A stretch of 64,000 bases of DNA, from positions 2,542,001 through 2,606,000 of the forward strand of contig NC_092671.1 of NCBI RefSeq assembly GCF_964355755.1, in the 5' to 3' direction. The notes under the pieces are model-generated. The model made no database searches, was not told where the DNA came from, and worked only from the letters and a program-made list of their open reading frames with translations. The position numbers and the translations under genes were made by a program. This document shows, one piece after another, positions 1 to 8,523 of this stretch (its first letter is position 1; each line of letters begins with the position of its first letter). This stretch comes from Antedon mediterranea. Lineage: Eukaryota > Animalia > Echinodermata.

Positions 1-137
1 CAATAAGGAAAACGTACATGGTATACATTTTTTAATACACTAACCGTTTAAATGAAACAATTAAATAATATGATTTTCAATATTTATCCAAGCAGATTAA
101 GGTCTACATGCCTTTAAATATATATATATATATATAT

Positions 138-302
138 CCAATCTGCAGACAGTACTGTTTCGATCTTATTAGATCTCGTCAGTGCAGCTCAGGTTTCGAA
201 ATGAAATGTACCGCAGAACTGGCACAATATATAGGCTGAGCCAGGTATGCGGGACATGGTACACTGATTATGAACACAAAGAGTGCACAAGCTCAACGAG
301 CG
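138..302 (-). mobile_element. Penelope-like element / retrozyme terminal-repeat fragment inserted in a (TA)n microsatellite
   Basis: The ~165-bp segment is absent from the paralogous site (~1729-1750), which has an uninterrupted TA tract. It carries a minimal hammerhead ribozyme next to the TA repeat, the known hallmark of Penelope-like pLTRs. Confidence 0.75.
143..187 (-). ncRNA. Minimal type-I hammerhead ribozyme
   Basis: Minus strand reads CTGCA-CTGACGA-GATCT-AATA-AGATC-GAAA-CAGTACTG-TC-TGCAG: stem I CTGCA/TGCAG, core CUGANGA, stem II GATCT/AGATC, GAAA, palindromic short stem III ACAGTACTGT, and a GUC cleavage triplet (cut between 148 and 147). Confidence 0.93.
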
Positions 303-603
303 TATATACAAATTAGGCATAGGAAAATCAAAATTGCACAGTAATACTAAAAATTAATGTTTATAAATATTGTTGAGAAACTAGAAAACTTATAGTGTGT
401 TGGTATATATTACATAGGCTAATTTGCCTCTTGTGACCCAAAGTCGGCTATGCTTTGAAGCCCAGAATGGTACAAAACATTTTTGAAAATGAGAAAAAGG
501 CGTCCTAATCGAGATTCAAACCAAGAACCCTCTGCAAACTTTTCTGAGTAACTAAACTTAAATTAACTAACTATAATTATTGTATATTATATCCCTACTG
601 TAG

Positions 604-873
604 GAAAGAAACTAGATATAACTATTGAAGGAGATAAGATATATAAGGTTGGGCAAGAATTGGAGTTAAAATGTCTTGGAAATGAGACAATGGATGCCAC
701 CTTTAAATGGATTATAGAGCCTGATGACGATTTCAAATGTGTGCAAGAAAAAGGACCAAAGTTGACTGCAAAAATACCATCTATTTGCCAAGTAAACATC
801 ACTTGTCTGGTTGAGGAGAACGGAAATTCTGGTTCTGAAACAATCCCACTGACCATTGAGGAGCCATGTTACA
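604..873 (+). CDS. Ig-like domain exon (copy A) of a membrane-anchored repeat protein, phase 1-1
   Basis: ctgtag| acceptor and A|gtaatt donor, 270 nt, open frame: (G)KKLDITIEGDKIYKVGQELELKCLGNETMDATFKWIIEPDDDFKCVQEKGPKLTAKIPSICQVNITCLVEENGNSGSETIPLTIEEPCY. Ig-type pattern G-x3-L-x-C ... W ... ITC and two N-glycosylation sequons (NET, NIT). Confidence 0.85.
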
Positions 874-1012
874 GTAATTATAAATACAATATTACAATTT
901 TATTAAGCATTCCACTAAGTTTAAAGCCTCATTCATTCATTACTCCACCCATTATTTAAAATAATCAGTTATTTCATCAATAAGGTTTGTAATTGGTCAA
1001 ACATCTCTTCTT

Positions 1013-1180
1013 ACAGTGCTTTCATAGCCCAACAAGTATCCTCTTAGTAGGGATGTCTCCTAATTAGGGATATGGCCTTTCCTTGTTCGTTTCATAGTAA
1101 AATGTCCCCTTAATAGGGATGTCCATTTAAGAGGAGTGTTCTCTGAATAGAGGTGTCCCAAAAAAGGGTTTCTTCTTTAC
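1013..1180. mobile_element. Degenerate Tc1/mariner-pogo (Tigger-like) MITE, family with GTCCCCT-TAATAG-GG subrepeats (duplicated at ~2462-2640)
   Basis: tacagt start and repeated tgtcccct/taataggg motifs shared with copies at 13.6k, 21.5k, 36.8k, 37.5k, 43.4k, 44.1k, 46.1k and 58.2k. Confidence 0.55.
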
Positions 1181-1271
1181 TAATTACAGCCCCTAAAGTA
1201 TTATACTAATGACAAAAAATTCAATAATATGTATTTTTTATGGATGTTAATCTATTTTTGTAAATTTTTAG

Positions 1272-1328
1272 GAAATGAAAATGAAGAACCCGATGAAACC
1301 ACTCCAACCATGGAAACATGTTCTGATG
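1272..1328 (+). CDS. 57-nt acidic/Thr-rich linker exon (copy A), phase 1-1
   Basis: tttttag| acceptor and G|gtaatt donor. Encodes (R)NENEEPDETTPTMETCSD in frame between the two Ig exons. Confidence 0.8.
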
Positions 1329-2050
1329 GTAATTACAAATTTTTTTTTTTTGGTTGATGTAATCAGCTTGCTTTCAATACATATATTCATATTTTCAGTG
1401 GAAAATCTGTTTTTATGTGTTTCTGTTTCATACTGGTAGCAGGTAGGTTTTTTACACTTTACTGGCCAAGTAAGAAGTTTTTAAAAAGTTATGATTATAT
1501 TAGGCCAGGAACACTGTACACTTATAATTGAAAAATTGGAAATCTGCTCAGGATAGATACAGATTTTACGTGGGACAAGTTTTGCACTCGCCTATGCAAA
1601 TTGGCCTTGACAATAAGGAAAACGTACATGGTATACATGTTTTAATACACTAACCGTTTAAATGAAACAATTAAATAATATGATTTTCAATATTTATCCA
1701 AGCAGATTAAGGTCTACATGCCTTTAAATATAGATATATATATATATACAAATTAGACAGGCATAGGAAAATCAAAATTGCACAGTAATATACTAAAAAT
1801 TAATGTTTATAAATATTGTTGAGAAACTAGAAAACTTATAGTGTGTTGGTATATATTACATAGGCTAATTTTCCTCTTGTGACCTAAAGTCGGCTATGCT
1901 TTGAAGTCCAGAATGATACAGAACATTTTTGAAAATGAGAAAAAGGCGTCCCAATCGAGATTCAAACCAAGAACCCTCTGCAAACTTTTCTGAGTAACTA
2001 AACTTAAATGTGAATTCATATAATTATTGTATATTATATCCCTACTGTAG

Positions 2051-2320
2051 GAAAGAAACTAGATATAACTATTGAAGGAGATAAGATATATAAGGTTGGG
2101 CAAGAATTGGAGTTAAAATGTCTTGGAAATGAGACAATGGATGCCACCTTTAAATGGATTATAGAGCCTGATGATGATTTCAAATGTGTGCAAGAAAAAG
2201 GACCAAAGTTGACTGCAAAAATACCATCTATTTGCCAAGTAAACATCACTTGTCTGGTTGAGGAGAACGAAAATTCTGGTTCTGAAACAATCCCACTGAC
2301 CATTGAGGAGCCATGTTACA
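2051..2320 (+). CDS. Ig-like domain exon (copy B), phase 1-1
   Basis: Same splice sites as 604-873. Two differences seen: GAC>GAT (silent) and GGA>GAA (G>E). Confidence 0.85.
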
Positions 2321-2742
2321 GTAATTAGAAATACAATATTACAATTTTATTAATCATTCCACTAAGTTTAAAGCCTCATTCATTCATTCATTACTCCACC
2401 CATTATTTAAAATAATCAGTTATTTCATCAATAAGGTTTGTAATTGATCAAACATCTCTTCTTACAGTGCTTTCATAGCCCAACAAATATCTTCTTAGTA
2501 GGGATGTCTCCTAATTAGGAATATGGCCTTTCCTTGTTTGTTTCATAGTAAAATGTCCACTTAATAGGGATGTCCCCTTAATAAGAATGTCCATTTAAGA
2601 GGAGTGTCCTCTAAATAGAGGTGTCCCAAAGAAAGGTTTCTTCTTTACTAATTACAGCCCCTAAAGTATTATAAAACTAATGACAAAAAATTCAATAATA
2701 TGTATTTTTTATGGATGTTAATCTATTTTTGTAAATTTTTAG

Positions 2743-2799
2743 GAAATGAAAAAGAAGAACCCGATGAAACCACTCCAACCATGGAAACATGTTCTGATG
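2743..2799 (+). CDS. 57-nt linker exon (copy B), phase 1-1
   Basis: tttttag| acceptor and G|gtaatt donor. Encodes (R)NEKEEPDETTPTMETCSD. Confidence 0.8.
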
Positions 2800-2866
2800 G
2801 TAATTACAAATTTTTTTGGTTGATGTAATTAGCTTGCTTTCATTTTATTTCAATACATATATCATA

Positions 2867-2888
2867 TGAAGAGGTTACCCAGTATAAA
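2867..2888 (+). mobile_element. 22-bp SINE/LINE 3'-tail remnant at the right breakpoint of the duplication
   Basis: tgaagaggttacccagtataaa matches the reverse complement of 3485-3506 (tail of the Nin/Deu SINE) at 21/22 positions. Confidence 0.6.
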
Positions 2889-3178
2889 TATATATTCCGA
2901 TCTATTTCAATAAAAATATCTTTTCTCACAATCTAATTCTCTAATAAACCATCCTTTACTTCAAATAAAAAACATAAGAATGGAGAACCAAGCATATGCA
3001 GGGCAAAACAAGACAACAAATACAAAACACTTAAAATAAGAAGAAGGTAAAAACAGAGAAAACACATAAGAAAAAAAAAATTCAGGTATATAAAAAAAGA
3101 AGGCATACATTAAAGTATTTTTGTAATAAGAAACAAGAGATATGTATTTTTTAAAGAACAATTGACAGACAGACTTAC

Positions 3179-3293
3179 CTTTGCAGTTTCGCCCCTCGTT
3201 CCATATACTTTCATTACACACAGCACATGTCACAGGCTGTTTGAAGACTTTAGTTTTAAATGTGTGGCACTTTGATTCAAGAATCTCTTGTGG
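3179..3293 (-). CDS. TNS: Tensin, first C1 (phorbol-ester/DAG-type zinc finger) exon, phase 0-1
   Basis: ttttatttcag| acceptor and AAG|gtaagt donor, 115 nt: PQEILESKCHTFKTKVFKQPVTCAVCNESIWNEGRNCK. It aligns without gaps to the vertebrate tensin-1 segment recalled as [38 protein letters not shown] (H-x-F, CxxC, EG-x-x-CK). Confidence 0.88.
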
Positions 3294-3406
3294 CTGAAAT
3301 AAAACATGACAATCATAAATAAACAAATCAAAAGAGAGATAAAATGTTTTATTTATACTGAAATTATTACCATTACTTTTACCCAATACAAATAATTTGG
3401 GAATAG

Positions 3407-3720
3407 AGCTCTGTCTAGTTTGACAAAACAAGTGTGATTTGCCCAAATATGGTAGTGATATGCTATGGTATTGTTTGTTTTATCTTTATACTGGGTGACC
3501 TCTTCAGTCAATGACTGATCTCCCAGAGGGCCCAGTTGGTGATCAGTGGCTGTGATGTACTAATACACCGGGGTAACCCCCTACTCATCTCGAAAGATGT
3601 ACTAGGTTCTTTAAAGTGCACACGAGCAAGTTGTGTACACTGGACCTACGGTTTATAGTCCTTATCCGAGAAGACTCGGTAGTGATATGACATCATCATG
3701 TCCCTATGGGCACATCACCT
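3407..3720. mobile_element. PIF/Harbinger-type MITE (family of 46346-46481) interrupted by a SINE
   Basis: agctctgtcta...gcccaaatatggtagtgatatg and ggtagtgatatgacatcatcatgtcc...gggcacatcac match the reverse complement of the 46346 element. Confidence 0.75.
3463..3677 (-). mobile_element. 5'-truncated Nin/Deu-domain SINE with 12-bp TSD
   Basis: Minus strand GTCTTCTCGGATAAGGACTATAAACCGTAGGTCC...TTAAAGAACC...GAGTAGGGGGTTACCCCGGTGT resembles the Deu/Nin core of AmnSINE1-like SINEs. A-rich (AAAC) tail; flanked by ggtagtgatatg at 3451-3462 and 3678-3689. Confidence 0.8.
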
Positions 3721-4442
3721 AATCACCGAAAAACAAAATAATATTCAAAATCAAATGGTGCCATTAGTATCATTGATATAGTGATAATAACTTAGTTAAT
3801 ATATACTGCAACTAAGAACATCAATGTTGTTAATGTTATGTATTTAATACACATTTTATTTGTTTAGAACTTTTCTTAAATTTTTTAAATCTTGTTTTAT
3901 TTGATTGTAAAAAAAGTGATATGAACTCTATTCTGAATATATCCTTGTTGGTTGCTGCATTCAATGAAGTTCTATTCAATTATTCAGTAATGTGAAAATC
4001 AGCAAAGCAGGCTGGCAGATTGTATACGGTTGTTTCACCTATTGAACATTTCTTTGTAAAGAACTTTTGTTAACTTATACCACATATTATATTCTATGGG
4101 TGATATTGGCTTCGATGGCAATGAATCATGCATACACACAGTATTCCTGACACAAACAAAATCATATATAGTTCATTTTAAGTTATTTTGTTGTGAAAAC
4201 AAATTTTTTCTCAAAATTTTAGGGTAGAATTGTGGGTTACCAGCATCTGACTTCCTTTGCATCTGAAGTACCTTTAAGTTCCTATTATTTTCAATTTTTA
4301 TTTATTTTTTTACTTATTTCCTAATTAGTACAAGTTTTTGAAGATGACAAAAACTAATATTACTGTAATAATTTTATATCATCATAATTTAATGATTTAA
4401 AAGAATGTTGTATTTGCTAATATTTAGTTTTCTCATCTCTAG

Positions 4443-4537
4443 ATACTAGTAGTAGTTCCATGGTTAGTGCTACTACAATCCTAACTACATTTGCTGTCGT
4501 CCTGGTTACGTTGTGGAAATTCTATTGCAGACGCTGA
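4443..4537 (+). CDS. Terminal exon of the Ig-repeat gene: Ser-rich spacer plus hydrophobic tail (GPI signal or single TM with a very short tail)
   Basis: Strong acceptor ttttctcatctctag|, phase 1 matching the donor at 2799. Encodes (D)TSSSSMVSATTILTTFAVVLVTLWKFYCRR*. Confidence 0.8.
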
Positions 4538-4632
4538 AATGACCAATCAAAAAGAAACTATAGTTTTGAGGATTTTGCTAATTTTGTATGTCATACACGT
4601 AATAGTAAATATAAAATGTCTATAAATACATC

Positions 4633-4638
4633 AATAAA
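4633..4638 (+). terminator. Putative polyadenylation signal of the Ig-repeat gene
   Basis: AATAAA about 95 nt after the stop codon, followed by T-rich sequence. The hexamer is common in AT-rich DNA. Confidence 0.45.
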
Positions 4639-5472
4639 AATTATTATCTAATTCTAGTTCTTTTTAAAGGATGCCACATTCCTTTCTAATTTTCTATATA
4701 ATTTTTTTTTTGTATGTTAAAAAAAAAATTATTTGTTTTGTTTTGTTTTGATTTGGTGCTGAAAATGTTTCTATTTGGTGAATCAAGTGTAACAAATATT
4801 ACATATACAGTACTCATTTTTATAGTGTTTAATTTTAATATATTTTTCAAATGGCTAATTTAAGTTTGTATTTTTATATACGGACACTCATGATTATTGA
4901 ATACCAGAATAGGTAAGAATAATTAAATACAAATAATATATCTTACTACTAGCGTAGGATAGTACTGTTATAAACATTATATGTGTTTACTATAATATTT
5001 AAAAAAGTATTTTCATAAACAACCTCAATGATTCTACACTAAATTATAAATATATTTTTAAAAGTGACGTGTAGATGATATTAATAATAGAAGTAATTAA
5101 AAGATAGTCTTAATATATATATATAATGGGTATCTATAAATAATTATGCAACATGAAGCTAGTGTATAATTTATTTTGATTAAAGAGTTTTTCAACTTCC
5201 GGTAAATACTGTATCACAATCTAAACATGACTACAGTATAATGATCAGTTGTAAAACTTTATATCAATCAAATGTATTTGTATAAAACTTGGGCGTAATA
5301 TAATAATGTGCAAATAGTATTTAACAAATTGCATATAATAATAATAGTAATATAATAAATATATATTAATGTAGTTAGTCATTATATTATGGAAAAGTAG
5401 AACATTTGAGATATATTGCAATTAAATATTTGTGTTTAACAGAATGTTTTGTAGTAAGTAAATATTATTTAG

Positions 5473-5760
5473 ACATCAGATGGACAAAACTTATCACATA
5501 ATGAAGTCCAAAAACAGACTGAGGAAGAGCAGAAACTATTAAGAGAGCAGAAACTATTAAGAGAGCTGCACAGGACAGGGAGAATGGGTTCGACTTGACT
5601 GAACATGGCTAAAATGACGATGATGATGACGATGATAATGATGATAATGATTAAGTCAATGACAGTGACGATGAAGATGACAACAACTAGTAATGATGAG
5701 GAGACAAAATAACTATTACTGATGATAACAGTAAAAGTTTGCAATGAGGATCGTAACTAA
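5473..5760 (+). pseudogene. Possible decayed acidic (Asp-rich) coding exon
   Basis: Acceptor-like tattatttag followed by TSDGQNLSHNEVQKQTEEEQKLLREQKLLRE..., then in a shifted frame AAQDRENGFDLTEHG*NDDDDDDDNDDND*VNDSDDEDDNN*. Also contains an 18-bp duplication and imperfect (GAT/GAC)n. Confidence 0.35.
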
Positions 5761-6304
5761 CATTTATAATGATCACAGCCGGCATTAACACAAAAAATAA
5801 AACCAATCTTGCTTACAAACATAAAAATATAAATATTTTTTATGCATGAATTGAGCAATTATTAGTTTTTCTCTAAATTTTCAATACATTTTAAATTGCC
5901 CTAGGGGCAACGATGCCAATTCAATAAAAATCCCCAAAATAGATGAATAAGTCACCACAGACAATAATAGTTTAAATGTCAGTTCAATGGGTTTATCGAA
6001 ACTCATCTGGGTTAAAAACCTATAACACTGCACACCTTGACAGTATTATGTTTTTAAGGATATTCAAGTTGATACAACCAGAAATAATACATAACCATAT
6101 AATAATATAATTTTACAACCTTACAAACACTACCAACACTAGTAAAAACCATAAGTTCACACAAGTCAAGATTCAGAAGGGTAGTGGTTTCTAAATATTC
6201 ATTTTCTATTTATTCTTTGTTATTTCATACGAATCCAGCAGTAAGAAACTCACCAATTACATAATGGATAAACTATTTTATAATTAATTAATTAGATGTT
6301 TTGC

Positions 6305-6570
6305 CCTACTCTGACGTAATTTGTAAGTACATTTGAGAATACTTGCGAAACAATTCGCAAGTAGTTCTCGGGTGGGACTCAAACCCACTACCTCCAGATC
6401 ACTAGCCTGGCGTTCATACCTCTGACCACCTAAGTACATTTGAGAATACTTGTGAAAAAATTCGCAAGTAGTTCTCGGGTGGGACTCGAACACACTACCT
6501 CCAGATCACTAGCCTGGCGTTCATACCTCTAGACCACCGAGCTTGCGCTGATGGCTAGTGGTTAGAATTA
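6305..6570 (-). mobile_element. tRNA-derived repeat with a tandemly duplicated ~107-bp tRNA-like head
   Basis: Minus strand GCTCGGTGGTCTAGAGGTATGAACGCCAGGCTAGTGATCTGGAGGTAGTGTGTTCGAGTCCCACCCGAG has A and B boxes. The unit is repeated at 6324-6430 and 6431-6538; a degenerate relative lies at ~60953-61055. Confidence 0.75.
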
Positions 6571-6619
6571 TTTTATAATTTATAATTGATTGTGCTTATA
6601 AACTAAGTCTCATTTGAGG

Positions 6620-6700
6620 AAGTGGGTTGAAAGAGTCGTGAGTTTACAACCCTCAGGACTAGGTCAGGATTGAACATTGGACCCTTTGAAAATTGAAATA
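6620..6700 (-). mobile_element. Degenerate tRNA-SINE fragment (same family as 54725-54820)
   Basis: Shares ttgaaagagtc(g/a)tgagtt..acaac..ctaggtcaggatt with 54733-54771. Confidence 0.55.
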
Positions 6701-8376
6701 AATTGTTAAATTATGTTGTTGTGTACAACAACACAATAACAATTAACATTATAAGTTTAAAGCTATTAATGTAAATTTCCTCTCATACTATTTTTCATCA
6801 AAGCCTCATATAGATAAATCGGAAGTATACAATGTGTTGCTAAGATCCATCACACTATTACTGTAATATAGAGCAGTCTTCTAGCTCTATACCACAAATC
6901 AATTTTTTTGAAGGTATAGTAATTTTGAAATCGCATATATTGATTTTTTTGGTACTTTTGTAAATGTTAAGAAGAATAATAATATTATTCTATTGTAATG
7001 ATAGTCTAATTAGCACACATGATCCTAATACAGTTTTTTTGTTGTGGATTCAGACACAATGGTTGAAAATCCTTCATATAATACGATCTCCATGGATACT
7101 TTAAAAAAACATCATTTGTAATAGGTACTTCTATACCAATCAATAAGAATGAGCTATACACATATTATTGCAACAATGTGCAATAAATTTGTTACGCAGG
7201 TTACTGATATTCAAGTTAATCAAATTAACATATCACAAACAAAATTCAAAACAGTAGTTTCAAATAACACTAAGCTGTTATTGTTTGATAACATTACTAA
7301 ATAAACACTTGACAAATCTTGATATGTAGGTATAATATGTATAAAAATACTTTTTTTTAAATTTCTACTAAAAATGAAAATAAATAAATTAATTAATTTC
7401 TTCCACATACATTTGGACACTTTGGGTTCTGTTGCTGAGGTATAGTGATCCTTTGCAAAATGTTGGGGGTTTTTTTCTCTACATTTATTTATTTATGCAA
7501 ATACCTTACAATCGTGATTTTAACTTGAAAGTTCAGTATCATACATGATTTATCTAACAAATACAGAGGCCAACTACTAATAATAAGTGATCTATAGAAA
7601 GCCGAGAAGTTTATTAAGAGCAGGAAAGCGTTGCTTGATAATTTTCTGAAAATTGTTCCCGAAATTCATTTGCTTTGATCTACCCGGAGTCAGCCATCAC
7701 GATTTGGTGCAATTAGAAAACATTTATTTATTTCTTCTGAAATATTTAGTTTAAAAAAAAACATTAAGCTGCAGTTCAAACAGGCTGGCTGTACTTCAGA
7801 ATGAAGTCTTTTATTATGCGTTAATAAATGAGATGAGAGTCGTAATCAATATCTTTTGTTAGATTCATGTGAATTATTTTTAAATCGTTGCGTTTGGTAA
7901 TTTTATCATCAATTATTTTCATGATTCTGTCAGTGGCAGCACATAAAATGGTGGTGCACTTAAACTTGAACTAAAAAAAAAATATCTTAAACTACAAAAA
8001 TGTCTTAAATAAAATGATTAAAATTATAAAATATACCATATTTGATACATTTTTTATATCATATTTTGAGGATAGGCACTGAAAAGGGGTTTGATCTTGT
8101 TTCTGCTGTAAAGAAAATGAACTTTTGGTATGGAAATTAATTTGAACAATGGTAATTGGTTACATGGCATTCTACACCCAATCCACTGTATTAAGATATT
8201 GACGAATAAACACATTTTTGTTAGAATATTTGTTACACTGACTTAATTTCTTCTAAATTTCTGCTCTCAAATAACTGTTTAAATTAGTGGTTGGTTGCTG
8301 AGGAAAAAAAACATTAATATTACCCAGAATGCATTGTTATCAGGCGGTTAAATGTCAATCAAATAATAGTTTGCAT

Positions 8377-8523
8377 TGCTGCCAAAAACTAACTATAACT
8401 AAACAAATAACCAGTTAAAATGGTTTGGGTGATTTTAACAATTATTTTCATGCTACCATTTTACTGGTTATTGAAATCAGGGTTAATTTATTCACGGTTA
8501 ATAATCGGTTACTTTTTGCAGCA
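8377..8523. mobile_element. Small degenerate palindromic MITE
   Basis: Outer IR gctgccaaaaactaac / gttactttttgcagc and inner IR aataaccagttaaaatggt / accattttactggttatt. Confidence 0.45.

Larger units (their letters stand above)
1..2866. repeat. Recent tandem duplication of a ~1.45-1.6 kb unit containing an Ig exon and a linker exon (copy A <=1-~1392, copy B ~1393-2866); the array may continue left of the window
   Basis: Sequence at 1 (caataaggaaaacgtacatgg) recurs at 1611. The exon at 604 recurs at 2051 and the exon at 1272 recurs at 2743. Similarity ends at about 1392/2866. The offset falls from 1610 to 1447 after the insertion at 138-302. Confidence 0.95.

Noticed and set aside
587-856. 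Minus-strand 89-aa ORFs (587-856 and 2034-2303)
   Set aside because: Antisense shadows of the Ig exons; the splice signals and domain pattern are on the plus strand.
2961-3446. 161-aa ORF as a single-exon gene
   Set aside because: Only 3179-3293 is bounded by splice sites and homologous to tensin; the rest is T-rich intron read-through.
5469-5744. Hydrophobic poly-Ile ORF resembling a membrane protein
   Set aside because: Translation of the (ATC)n complement of a GAT-type repeat.
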